Below, piece by piece: positions 46,148 to 55,225 of a DNA stretch of 64,000 nt (the stretch's first letter is position 1; every line of letters starts with the position of its first letter). A model generated the notes under the pieces. It was given only the letters and a program-made list of their open reading frames with translations. It was not told where the DNA came from and did no database searches. Position numbers and translations under genes: made by a program. Origin of the DNA: Thermoanaerobaculia bacterium. Lineage in GTDB: Bacteria > Acidobacteriota > Thermoanaerobaculia > Multivoradales > Multivoraceae. The stretch is from the NCBI GenBank assembly GCA_963666565.1, contig OY762911.1, positions 1,024,001-1,088,000 on the forward strand, in the 5' to 3' direction.

Positions 46148-46501
46148 ATGAAGCCCGCGGAGGTCAAGCCCGCAATCAGCATCGATGTCGTCAATCAGCT
46201 CGACGCTCGGGTCGGTACGATCGAGAGCGTCACGGATGTCGAGGGGTCCAGCAAACTCGTCCGACTCCGGGTCGATTTCGGCGACCACAAGCGGACGATC
46301 CTCGCGGGGATGAAGCAGGAGCGCGAAGACCCGACCGAGATCGAAGGTCGTCAGGCGTTGTTCATCGTCAACCTGGAGCCTAGGAAGATGATGGGGGAGA
46401 CCTCGGAGGGCATGGTCTTCGACGTCGGTTACGAGGACGGGATTCAGCCGGCGTTGCTGCTCCCGGAGCGGCCGGTGCCGAACGGCGCTCGGGCTGGTTG
46501 A
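46148..46501 (+). CDS. tRNA-binding OB-fold protein (CsaA-like)
   Basis: LDARVGTI, KL..L.VDFG, VNLEPRKMMG..SEGM. Confidence 0.88.
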   Translation: MKPAEVKPAISIDVVNQLDARVGTIESVTDVEGSSKLVRLRVDFGDHKRTILAGMKQEREDPTEIEGRQALFIVNLEPRKMMGETSEGMVFDVGYEDGIQPALLLPERPVPNGARAG

Positions 46502-46517
46502 GTCACGGTGTGTCGTC

Positions 46518-46664
46518 GCCGCTTCGCGGCGCGTGCTGTTGGCCGCCTCCGGCGGGAGCGGGTCAGAAGACCCGCGCACCCGGCAGGATGGTTGCCGCTT
46601 CGCGGCGCGTGCTGTTGGCCGCCTTCGGCGGGAGCGGGTCAGAAGACCCGCGCACCCGGCAGGA
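46518..46664. repeat. Two tandem half-REPINs (76-bp period)
   Basis: 46518..46588 and 46594..46664 differ at one base. Confidence 0.9.
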
Positions 46665-46722
46665 AGCCGCGCCGGCCGCAGGCCGGCTCCGATCGGCCGC
46701 GGCCAGGCTGTACCATCCCCGC

Positions 46723-47109
46723 ATGATTCCCTGGAACGACCTGAAATCGACTCTCGAACAGGATCCCGAGTTCCGCTACACCATCCGGCACTGGACCGCC
46801 AGCCTCCGCCTCAGCGTCGGCGACCGGCACCACGCGATCCGCTTCGAGGACGGTGCCGTCGCCGCGCTCGAACCGTGCGAGGCCGACGCGCCGTGCGACG
46901 TCTTCCTCGCCGGCCCGGAGGAAGAGTGGCGCGAACTGCTGCGCGAGGTGCCGCGACCCTTCTACCAGGACCCGTTCTTCGCCAGCGTGCATCACGGCAT
47001 CGAGATCAACCGCGATCAGCTCGACTACGCCGCCTACTACCCGGCGCTGCGCCGGCTGGTCGGGGTGCTGCGCGAGATGACCGACTCAACCGAGGGAGCT
47101 TCCGCATGA
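46723..47109 (+). CDS. Hypothetical protein, possibly SCP2-like fold
   Basis: GPEEEWRELL..VPRPFYQD; TACCAT-6-ATG; coupled to the next gene. Confidence 0.6.
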   Translation: MIPWNDLKSTLEQDPEFRYTIRHWTASLRLSVGDRHHAIRFEDGAVAALEPCEADAPCDVFLAGPEEEWRELLREVPRPFYQDPFFASVHHGIEINRDQLDYAAYYPALRRLVGVLREMTDSTEGASA

Positions 47110-47450
47110 ACGCGTTTCGCCTGTTGCTTGGCCTCATCTTCGGCGTGATCGTCGTCTACACGGTCTTCGTCGCCATGGAGCACGGCCTGGGCCTGCTCGG
47201 CGTCTTCTTCGGCGACATCGCCGAGGGGGGCTGGCCCGGCCAGTTCAACCTGGACTTCATGGGCATGCTGATCCTCTCCGGCTTCTGGATGGCCTGGCGC
47301 AACAACTTCACGCCGGGCGGCCTCGTGCTGGGCGTCGGGGGCCTTTTCTTCGGCGCGCCGTTCCTGACGCTGTACCTCTTCATCCTGAGCCAGCAGACGA
47401 ACGGCGACGTGAAGCGGATGCTCCTGGGCGACGAGCGGGCGGCGGCCTGA
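47106..47450 (+). CDS. Small membrane protein
   Basis: Hydrophobic, WPGQFNLDF motif. Confidence 0.7.
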   Translation: MNAFRLLLGLIFGVIVVYTVFVAMEHGLGLLGVFFGDIAEGGWPGQFNLDFMGMLILSGFWMAWRNNFTPGGLVLGVGGLFFGAPFLTLYLFILSQQTNGDVKRMLLGDERAAA

Positions 47451-47568
47451 TGCCCGCGTTCGCACGGCCCATCGGCCGCTACCTGGACGCGGTGAAGATG
47501 CTCCTCGGCGACAGGCGGGCGGCGGCCTGATGCCCACCTTCGCGCGGCGCGTCGGCCGTTATCTCGAC
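47417..47568 (+). repeat. Diverged 80-bp tandem duplication of a gene junction
   Basis: 47417..47488 versus 47497..47568. Confidence 0.85.
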
Positions 47569-48426
47569 CTTGAGGTCCAGGGCGTCGGCTACGAGGTCTA
47601 CTTCGAGTCGGCCGGCAACCCGGACGGCATTCCGCTGGTGCTCCAGCACACCGCCGGCTCCGACGGCCGCCAGTGGCGCCACCAGTTGGAGGACGAGCGG
47701 ATCGGCCGGCACTTCCACCTGCTGGCTTACGACCTGCCCTACCACGCCAAGTCCGTGCCGCCGGCGGGCGTCGAGTGGTGGAAGCAGGAGTACAGGCTGA
47801 CGAAGAGCTTCCTGCTCGACTTCGTCGCCGCCTTCGTGGGCGAGCTCCAGCTCGAAGACCCGGTCTACATGGGCAGTTCGATCGGCGGCCACCTGGCCCT
47901 CGACCTCGCCCTGCACCGTCCGGGCCTGTTCCAGGCCGTCATCGGGCTGGAGGCGGCGATCAAGTCGGACCCCGGCAACATCGACCTGCTCGACCACCCC
48001 GAGATCAACAACGGTTACAAGGGCGAGCTGATGATCGGCATCACCTCGCCCCTGGCGCCCGAGGCGTTCCGCCGCGAGGTCGGCTGGTGCTACAGCCAGG
48101 GCGCGCCGCGGGTGTTCCGGGGCGACCTCTTCTACTGGGGCACCGACCACGACCTGGGCGACAGAGCGTCGGAGATCGACACGTCGCAGACCCGGGTGTT
48201 TCTGCTCACCGGCGAGTACGACGCGGCCACGCCGCCCGCGGCGTCCGAGGAGGTCGCGGCGCAGATCGAGGGCGCGACGTACCAGACGATGAAGGGGTTG
48301 GGCCACTTCCCGATGTCGGAGGACCCGGAGCGGTTCTACGGCTACATCGGGCCCGTGCTGGCGGAGATCGTGGGAGACCAGACGCGGCTGGGCTCGCCGG
48401 AGTGGTCGCCGGCCGCCGCCGGATAG
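47530..48426 (+). CDS. Alpha/beta hydrolase
   Basis: LQHTAG, DLPYHAKS, GSSIGG nucleophile elbow, GEYD, GHFPM. Confidence 0.9.
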   Translation: MPTFARRVGRYLDLEVQGVGYEVYFESAGNPDGIPLVLQHTAGSDGRQWRHQLEDERIGRHFHLLAYDLPYHAKSVPPAGVEWWKQEYRLTKSFLLDFVAAFVGELQLEDPVYMGSSIGGHLALDLALHRPGLFQAVIGLEAAIKSDPGNIDLLDHPEINNGYKGELMIGITSPLAPEAFRREVGWCYSQGAPRVFRGDLFYWGTDHDLGDRASEIDTSQTRVFLLTGEYDAATPPAASEEVAAQIEGATYQTMKGLGHFPMSEDPERFYGYIGPVLAEIVGDQTRLGSPEWSPAAAG

Positions 48427-48449
48427 GCCGCAGCCAAGCCGTCCGCACA

Positions 48450-48501
48450 CTGGGTGCGAGTGTCGGTGCACGAGCGTCGGTGCGCGGGTCTTCCGACCCG
48501 C
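48450..48501. repeat. REP arm A with a stuttered 5' end
   Basis: Similar stutter to the 17995 copy. Confidence 0.8.
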
Positions 48502-48599
48502 TGCCGGCGCAGCCGGCCAGGAAAGCGCGCCGGCCGCAAGGCCGGCTCCGCTATCTCCCTCGAGAGCGCGCCCGGCCGACCTCTACACGCGCCCCCGAT

Positions 48600-48896
48600 T
48601 CAGACCGTCGCCTGCCGTCGGTAAGGAGCCACGTCGATCAGGTCCTCCCGCTTACGGGCCTGCGTGAGGTCGTAGGTCGCCTGCCGACGCAGCCAGAACT
48701 CGGCATTGGACCAGCCCGCCTTCTCCAGCCGGATGGCCATCTCGGGCGAGATCGCCGCGTGGCCATTCAAGACCCGCGACAGCGTGTGCCGGGCAACGCC
48801 CAGCACTTTCGCCGCAGCGGTCACGTTCAGGCCGAGCGGCTCCAGGCAGTTCTCACGGATGCTATGGCCGGGATGGGGAAGGTTGATCATCGCCAT
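48600..48896 (-). CDS. higA: HigA-family antitoxin, no adjacent HigB
   Basis: PHPG..I...[40 protein letters not shown]. Confidence 0.92.
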   Translation of the reverse strand: MAMINLPHPGHSIRENCLEPLGLNVTAAAKVLGVARHTLSRVLNGHAAISPEMAIRLEKAGWSNAEFWLRRQATYDLTQARKREDLIDVAPYRRQATV

Positions 48897-49113
48897 GTTG
48901 CCGTCCTTCGCCGCTCTTGAGCCGGCTGTACTCCCGATTCCACTCGGAGAGCGACTCGGGCGCCGGAAGCGGCGCCATCGCCACGAGCCTGTCGACCGCG
49001 TCCAGTTGACGCCGCCGCGTGTCTGGCGCCACGCAGACCTTCTCGACGGCTGCATCGCGCTTCTGATCGATGTCGCCCACTTCAGGTTCCTCCCACGGTC
49101 CGGCCGATGTCAC
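48862..49113 (-). pseudogene. Possible antitoxin C-terminal remnant
   Basis: RDAAVEKV...[16 protein letters not shown] resembles tails of RHH antitoxins; recalled similarity only. Confidence 0.3.
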
Positions 49114-49122
49114 AGGAGAGCG

Positions 49123-52100
49123 TCAACTCGAACCGAACCGCGTAGCGACGTACTTCTCGGCGTCATCGACTCCGAGCCGCACCGTCCCCGGCCCGCTCCG
49201 CACATACAGATCCCCGCCCTCCGCCTTCTCCATCCCCTTCCACCGAAGATACACCGGCTCCGGGCTCCTCTGGCAACTCACGAGGCACACCGTCTTCCCC
49301 TCCACGATCTGCGTCTCCGGATCGATGCAGGTCCCCGCCCGGTCGCCCAAGCCGTTCCGCACCACCTGGGCAAGGTGCCGCATGAACTTGTCGTCGCTCT
49401 CCAGCCGGTCGTGGTCGATGCCGAGTACCTGCCTCTCGTCATCCACCCCGATCAAGAGGTCGCCGCCGTCGGTGTTGAGGAAGGCCGCGATGGTCTTGAG
49501 CGCCGCGTGGGTGACGTGCCTGTCGTCCTTGCGGTTCTCCTTCAGACTCCAACGCAGGCTGGACTTGAACTCCAGCGTCTTCGACTCCTGGAGCTTCAGC
49601 AGTTCCTCGGCTCGCCGGTGCCGGCTGATGTAGTCGTCGAAGAGGAGGTTCTTGATCGCCCGGCCGAACTCGGGGTCGTCTGTGATGCGCTTGTAGAGGT
49701 CGAAGTTGGTCTCGACGATCTCCTGGATCTTGTCCTCGACCTTCGGGTCGAAGGTCAGGCGCACGTTCTCGCGCGTGTTGACGCGGGCGCTCGCGGTCAG
49801 GCCCGGGTCCTGGTCGAGGGCGGAGCGGATCTGCTCGAGCGTCAGGCGGTGTTCGTCGCCGAGGTTCAGGCCGAAGCGTTCGTTCAGATCCTCGATGATC
49901 CGGGAGAGCGCCTCCATCTGTTCCCCGCCGGCGCCGCCTTCGGGCTTGCTTCCCGCGGGCTTGAGCGGCTGGACTTGGCGTTCCAGCGGGATCCGGCCGC
50001 GGCTCGTTCGCTGGATGCGGAACGACTCCATGTCGATGTTCTGCTGCACCTCGACCGGCAGCGCCTCCCGGCCGACGGACAGGAGGCGGCGCAGATGTCT
50101 GGCGAACTGGTAGAGCTTCTCCAGGTCGGCGTCCGCGAACGTCAGCACCTGGGAGAGGAAGGCGTAGAGGCGGACATAGTCGGTGAGCTGGCCGACGAAG
50201 TCCCGCCCCTCTTCGGCGCCCAGGTCGGCGAAGCGTTGCCGGGACGGTTCCAGCGCCGCGTAGAGCCGATCCTGCGTCGCGTCCGGGCCGAAGTACGCCA
50301 GCGCGAAGGTCTCCACGTCGGCCTCCCCGAACACGCCGAAGTCGAGCAGCCGTCCCTGGACCTCGTAGAGCAGGTTCGGGTCGGTCTCCTCGGACAGCAG
50401 CGTGGTCTCGTAGTACGGCTCGAACGCCTTCCCGATCTCGTCGGCCTCGTTGGCGAAGTCGAGCACCATCGCGCCGTCCTTGCCGGGGTGGGTGCGGTTC
50501 AGCCGGGACAGCGTCTGGACCGCGTTCACGCCGCCGAGCTTCTTGTCGACGTACATCGTGTGGAGCAGCGGCTGGTCGAAGCCGGTCTGGAACTTGTTGG
50601 CGACCACCAGGAAGCGGTACTCCGGCTTCTCGAACTCGGCGGCCGTCTGCCGCTCGCCGATCGCCCGCTCCTGGCCGGCCGAGTTCATCCCGGACTCGGT
50701 GTAGGACTGGCCGCCGTCCCTGACCGTGCCGGAGAACGCGACGAGCGCCTTCCAGGGACGCCCCTTCTCCCGCAGATAGCGGTCGAGGGCGAGCCGGGTG
50801 CGCACAGCGTGCAGGCGCGAGCGCGTGACGATCATCGCCTTGGCGCGGCCGCCGATCTCGTGCGCGACGAGTTCGGCGAAGTGCTCCACGCAGATGGCGA
50901 CCTTCTCGCCGATGGCGTGCGAGTGCAGTTCGACGAAAGACCGAAGCAGATGCTCGGCCTTCCGCTTGTCGTAGCGCGGGTCGTCCTCGATCTTCTTCTT
51001 CAGCCGCCAGTAGGCCTTGTAGGTCGTGTAGCTGCCGAGCACGTCGAGGATGAACCCTTCCTCGATCGCCTGGCGCATGCTGTAGAGGTGGAACGGCCTG
51101 AAGCTGCCGTCCGGCTGCTTCTCGCCGAAGAGTTCGAGGGTCTTGGGCTTCGGCGTCGCCGTGAAGGCGAACGTGGAGAGGTTCGGCAGCCGTCCGCGTT
51201 GGCGGATCGCCTCGTGGATCCGGTCTTCGAGTTCTTCTTCGGGTGTCGCCGCGCCGGCCTCTTCCTTCTCGGCCGCCTCCAGGCTGCGCGCGTCGAGCAC
51301 CGCCTTGAGGCTCTTCGTGCTCTCGCCGGACTGCGAGGAGTGCGCCTCGTCCGCGATCACGGCGAAGCGCTTGCCGGGAAGCTGGCCGATCTCGTCGGCG
51401 ATGACCGGGAACTTCTGCAGCGTGGTGACGATGATCGTCCGGCCGCCTTCCAGGGCCTCGCGGAGCTGGCGCGACGTGTGCTGGATGTTCTCGACCACGC
51501 CGAGGGTCTGCTCGAACTGCCGGACGGCGCTCTGGAGCTGGCGGTCGAGCACGCGCCGGTCGGTCACGACGACGACGGAGTCGAACACGCGCCGGTCTTC
51601 GTGGTCGTGCAGCATCGCGAGCTGGTGGGCGAGCCAGGCGATGGTGTAGCTCTTGCCGCTGCCGGCCGAGTGCTGGATGAGGTAGCGCTCGCCGGGGCCG
51701 TGGTTGCGCGCGTGGCGCACCAGCCGGCGCACGCAGTCGAGTTGCTGGTAGCGCGGGAAGATCAGGAACCGCTTGCCGGTCCTGCGGCCGCGGTCGTCCG
51801 TCTCGATGACTTCGTGGACGAACTGGCGAACGAGGTCGAGGACGCTGTCGCGAGCCCAGATCCGCTCCCACAGGTAGTCGGACGGATAGCCGTTGCGCGT
51901 GGGCGGCACCGGCGGATTCCCGGCGCCGCCGCGGTTGCCGCGGTTGAACGGCAGGAATCGCGTCTTCGGCCCGGCAAGCTGGGCGGTGACGAAGACCTGC
52001 TCCGGGTCGACCGCGAAGTGGGCGAGGCAACGGCCGTAGGCGAACAGCGGTTCGCGCGGGTCGCGGTCGTCCTTGTACTGCCGGATGGCGTCGTCCACGT

Positions 52101-52662
52101 TCTGGCCCTTCAACGGGTTCTTGAGCTCCGCCGTGAAGATGGGGATGCCGTTCAGGAAGATCCCGAGGTCGACGCTCCGGCTGGCGGTGCGTTCGCTGAA
52201 GTGGAGTTGACGCGCTACCGCGAAGAGGTTGGCCCCGTGCAGGCGCTGGAGTTCCTCGTTCAGCCCGCTCGCCGGCTGGAAGTACGCGAGGCGGAACCTG
52301 CAGCCCGAATCCCTGACGCCGTTTCGCAGCACGTCGAGCGCGCCCCGGCGGCCGATCTCGCGCGAGAGCCGGCCGAGGAAGCGCGGCTTGACGTCCGCGC
52401 CGTAGTGCTGCCGGAGCTTGGCCCACTCCGTCGGCTGCGTGGCGAGGAGGAAGTCGAGCACGTCGGCCGGGATCAGGCAGAGGTCGCGGTCGTAGTCGTC
52501 GTGGCGGCGCTTGTGGTAGCCGCCGGGCAGAGGGTCGTCGCCGAAGGAGACGGCGGGTTCGCGGAGTTCGCCGGCGTCCTCCGGGTAGGCGTCCGGGCCG
52601 CCGCGCAGGAGGGCGCGCTCGATGGTCGCCTCGAAGTTGCGTTCGCTGGTGTCGGGGGTCAC
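49123..52662 (-). CDS. hsdR: Type I restriction enzyme R subunit with a C-terminal Schlafen/AlbA_2 domain
   Basis: D..IFLNGIP...ELK, HSAGSGKS, DEAHSSQ, FTATPK, QTGFDQP; tail ESKTLEFKSS...AAFLNTDGGDLLIGVDD. Confidence 0.95.
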   Translation of the reverse strand: MTPDTSERNFEATIERALLRGGPDAYPEDAGELREPAVSFGDDPLPGGYHKRRHDDYDRDLCLIPADVLDFLLATQPTEWAKLRQHYGADVKPRFLGRLSREIGRRGALDVLRNGVRDSGCRFRLAYFQPASGLNEELQRLHGANLFAVARQLHFSERTASRSVDLGIFLNGIPIFTAELKNPLKGQNVDDAIRQYKDDRDPREPLFAYGRCLAHFAVDPEQVFVTAQLAGPKTRFLPFNRGNRGGAGNPPVPPTRNGYPSDYLWERIWARDSVLDLVRQFVHEVIETDDRGRRTGKRFLIFPRYQQLDCVRRLVRHARNHGPGERYLIQHSAGSGKSYTIAWLAHQLAMLHDHEDRRVFDSVVVVTDRRVLDRQLQSAVRQFEQTLGVVENIQHTSRQLREALEGGRTIIVTTLQKFPVIADEIGQLPGKRFAVIADEAHSSQSGESTKSLKAVLDARSLEAAEKEEAGAATPEEELEDRIHEAIRQRGRLPNLSTFAFTATPKPKTLELFGEKQPDGSFRPFHLYSMRQAIEEGFILDVLGSYTTYKAYWRLKKKIEDDPRYDKRKAEHLLRSFVELHSHAIGEKVAICVEHFAELVAHEIGGRAKAMIVTRSRLHAVRTRLALDRYLREKGRPWKALVAFSGTVRDGGQSYTESGMNSAGQERAIGERQTAAEFEKPEYRFLVVANKFQTGFDQPLLHTMYVDKKLGGVNAVQTLSRLNRTHPGKDGAMVLDFANEADEIGKAFEPYYETTLLSEETDPNLLYEVQGRLLDFGVFGEADVETFALAYFGPDATQDRLYAALEPSRQRFADLGAEEGRDFVGQLTDYVRLYAFLSQVLTFADADLEKLYQFARHLRRLLSVGREALPVEVQQNIDMESFRIQRTSRGRIPLERQVQPLKPAGSKPEGGAGGEQMEALSRIIEDLNERFGLNLGDEHRLTLEQIRSALDQDPGLTASARVNTRENVRLTFDPKVEDKIQEIVETNFDLYKRITDDPEFGRAIKNLLFDDYISRHRRAEELLKLQESKTLEFKSSLRWSLKENRKDDRHVTHAALKTIAAFLNTDGGDLLIGVDDERQVLGIDHDRLESDDKFMRHLAQVVRNGLGDRAGTCIDPETQIVEGKTVCLVSCQRSPEPVYLRWKGMEKAEGGDLYVRSGPGTVRLGVDDAEKYVATRFGSS

Positions 52663-52735
52663 GCTGGCGCCGTCCTTGGGTGGTTGGCTTGCCTTGGCGT
52701 TGCGGAGGGAGCGACGCGGGCGGGTCGCGGGTCGA

Positions 52736-52794
52736 TGTCACAGCTCGGTGTCACAGCTTGTCGCAGCTCGGTGTCACAGCTCGTCATAGCTCGG
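52736..52794. repeat. Short imperfect tandem repeat of tgtcacagctcgg
   Basis: About five units of 10-13 bp. Confidence 0.75.
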
Positions 52795-52795
52795 C

Positions 52796-52915
52796 TCATT
52801 CGGTAGACCGGCCCTCGGAGAGCGTCGCGGCCTTGAGGAAGCCGCGGGCCCGCTCGATTGGCTTCGGGTCGGAGGCGATCTGATTGGGGATGGTGAACGG
52901 TGGCTCGAAGCTCAT
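52796..52915 (-). pseudogene. Fic-family N-terminal remnant (39 aa)
   Basis: MSFEPPFTIPNQI...IERARGFLKAATLS; ATGA overlap with the hsdS stop; family call from recalled similarity. Confidence 0.5.
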
Positions 52916-54252
52916 TCGGACGCTGCTTCTCGGACGTCGATCTTGCCGGTGACTGCCGCCGAGATCAGGGCGGTCCGGAGTTCCTGGAGGTGGTCCACGG
53001 CCTCGCGGATCTTCGCAACAAGACAGTCGATCTCCTGAGTGGCTTGGTCGAGCTGCGTCACGATGCGGCTCTGCTCTTCCAGTGGAATCTCCGGGACCAC
53101 GAGGCGCGCCAGCGTCGACGTGTTGTAGTGGACTTGGATGGCACCTACAGACTGCTCCGCAGCCTGCGAGATTGCGGCCTGTGAATTGAGGTAGTAGTAC
53201 ACGAACTTCGGCAGGACCAACTCCGAACGCCGCACAATGAGCAGGTCGATGCAGTTGGCTCCATCTAGTGATTCAGGAACTACGGTCGCCGTGCCGGCTT
53301 GACCCGTGCGAACCACGACTACGTCGCCCGCGAAAATCTTCGACTTTCGGTGGAGTTCGTTCGCGTCCTCACTGATGAACACGAGGTTGGCGGTGTCGAC
53401 CGCACCACGAGACACGTTGAGTGCGCGGAGACAAGGAACGCCGTCATCCACGTAGTACTTTGAGGGCGTAACGACGATGCCCACGGTAGTTTCTGGCGTC
53501 ACGTGCTTGAGCCTCTTGACCTCCCAGTGCGCCGGGATCTCGCCCAGCCACTCGACGCCGGAGTCCTTCACGCGCACGTTGGGGTCGAGGCCCCGTGTCA
53601 CGGCGCGGGTGATGAGTGCGGTGCGTTTCTCCTGAAGCAGTTCGATCAGTCGCTCCTTCCTCTCTACTAGCGCGTTCAGTTTCGTCGCCTCATCGTCGAG
53701 GAAACTGACGATGGCCCGTTGTTCGCCCTGCGGTGGAACGGGAAGGCTGTTCGTGCTGACGTGATCGGTACTGACGCGTGGCATTCTGGCCCCGTACGTC
53801 AGCGAATGGAGCCAGTGGACGTGAGAGACGTTCAGCAGGCAGTACATCAGGTAGCTCTGGAGGTAGCCAGGAGTTGGCCGAAGAGCGAGAATCTCACTGG
53901 TACAGACGCCATCGAAGTCCGGACGAGCGGCCTTCGCAAGGTAGGGCCGGAGCTTTCCGAGTAGAACATCCCCTGCCGCGAAAGGGGACACCACACTGTC
54001 TATCTTCTCGGGTTGGTTCTCCTGCAGCAGCCGGCCGGTCCACGGTTCCACATGCTCGAGTCCAACATAGACAGCATCGTGGGGCTTGGTGTTCAGCTTG
54101 CCGGTGCGTGTTGGCGCGACGAACTTGATCCGCTTCGTTCTCCAGTGCGCCGGTATCTCGCCGAGCCACTCGACGCCGGATTCCTTGTACTTGCAGTATC
54201 GCGGAAGCCGTGCAGGCTGTGCTTCCTCCTTTCGATCAGGTGCTTCGTTCAT
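52912..54252 (-). CDS. hsdS: Type I R-M specificity subunit
   Basis: Two K(E/D)SGVEWLGEIPAHW repeats, P...EQ..I, TALI..AVT. Confidence 0.95.
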   Translation of the reverse strand: MNEAPDRKEEAQPARLPRYCKYKESGVEWLGEIPAHWRTKRIKFVAPTRTGKLNTKPHDAVYVGLEHVEPWTGRLLQENQPEKIDSVVSPFAAGDVLLGKLRPYLAKAARPDFDGVCTSEILALRPTPGYLQSYLMYCLLNVSHVHWLHSLTYGARMPRVSTDHVSTNSLPVPPQGEQRAIVSFLDDEATKLNALVERKERLIELLQEKRTALITRAVTRGLDPNVRVKDSGVEWLGEIPAHWEVKRLKHVTPETTVGIVVTPSKYYVDDGVPCLRALNVSRGAVDTANLVFISEDANELHRKSKIFAGDVVVVRTGQAGTATVVPESLDGANCIDLLIVRRSELVLPKFVYYYLNSQAAISQAAEQSVGAIQVHYNTSTLARLVVPEIPLEEQSRIVTQLDQATQEIDCLVAKIREAVDHLQELRTALISAAVTGKIDVREAASE

Positions 54253-54300
54253 GGCTTTCCATAGGCGGGCCCGCTACGGCCTGGGGCTTACTCGCGGGTG

Positions 54301-54927
54301 TCATTCCCACAGGATCTCTAGAACGGGACCGATGAGCGACTTCGCTCGGCAGACTTCTGCGGCGCGCCAGATTTGATCCACGGTTGCTTTCCGGTCGCGC
54401 AGTGCGTCGCGTAGTGCCTCGATCGCAACGTCTCTGCCGACCAGTCTGCGGAAGCGAAAACAGTCCACGACCGTGCGGGCCGGGCTCGTGATTCGTGCAG
54501 GAACGCCCTGGAAGGTCGCGCGCTCGACGCCGTAGCGCAGCGAGGCGGCGGAGAACCGAACTACGTGCACGGGCAGTTCGGGGAGCTTGGGCGAGCGCGC
54601 CTTGTGCGGGATGGCGATCCACACCTGCCACGGAAGCTGGGTGCCGAGTTCGTGGACGCTCAGGGCGGTCAGGAGGCAGACGATGGCATCGGGAACACGC
54701 GCGCACACGGCGCCGACGGTGTAGTGCTCGGTGAGTTCGGCCTCCGTGATGCGATAGAGGCCACGCGCCTCGCGTTCGACCGAGCCGTCCTCCAGCAGGC
54801 GCCGCAGTTCACGGGAGCTGATGCCCAACTCGGCCGCGTCGCGCGAACGGAAGAACGTCCTGGTGCCGAGGCCCTGCAAGTCTCGGCCAGGTGGCTCTGG
54901 TCGGCGAGACGAATTGTCGGCAGCCAT
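54301..54927 (-). CDS. AbiEi-family type IV antitoxin, no AbiEii
   Basis: R.ARGLYR, CLLTALSVHELGTQLP, ARTVVDCFRFR..VG.DVAIEAL. Confidence 0.88.
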   Translation of the reverse strand: MAADNSSRRPEPPGRDLQGLGTRTFFRSRDAAELGISSRELRRLLEDGSVEREARGLYRITEAELTEHYTVGAVCARVPDAIVCLLTALSVHELGTQLPWQVWIAIPHKARSPKLPELPVHVVRFSAASLRYGVERATFQGVPARITSPARTVVDCFRFRRLVGRDVAIEALRDALRDRKATVDQIWRAAEVCRAKSLIGPVLEILWE

Positions 54928-55225
54928 AATCTCTTGTCGGCGTTTTGATCGGCCGGAGGCACCTAGCCTAGCCGCCCTTGACGCCCCTATCAAGTTGCCA
55001 CGGACCTGCGCGCCGCCGACACACGGCCGCGGAATCCGAGCCAGTCGCGGAGAGGACAGCAGGAGATAGGTGGAACCGTTCGATTCCCGTAGACGCGCAC
55101 AATCAGGCGACTTGCACACACCGACGGGCCCTGCCACACGACGAACGACGCCGGACCCCGAAGGTGAGGCTGCTAGTGTCCGCGCCACGCCGGAAGCCGT
55201 CCAACCGGCGCTCTGGCGGTGTGCC

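Noticed and set aside
46498-46722. In-frame N-terminal extension through two half-REPINs
   Set aside because: TTG start without an RBS; TACCAT-6-ATG at 46723 is the better start
48706-52806. Long antisense or alternate-frame ORFs (also 6017..8506, 11748..14147, 59002..61167 and others)
   Set aside because: Shadows of real genes in high-GC DNA, with no recognisable motifs
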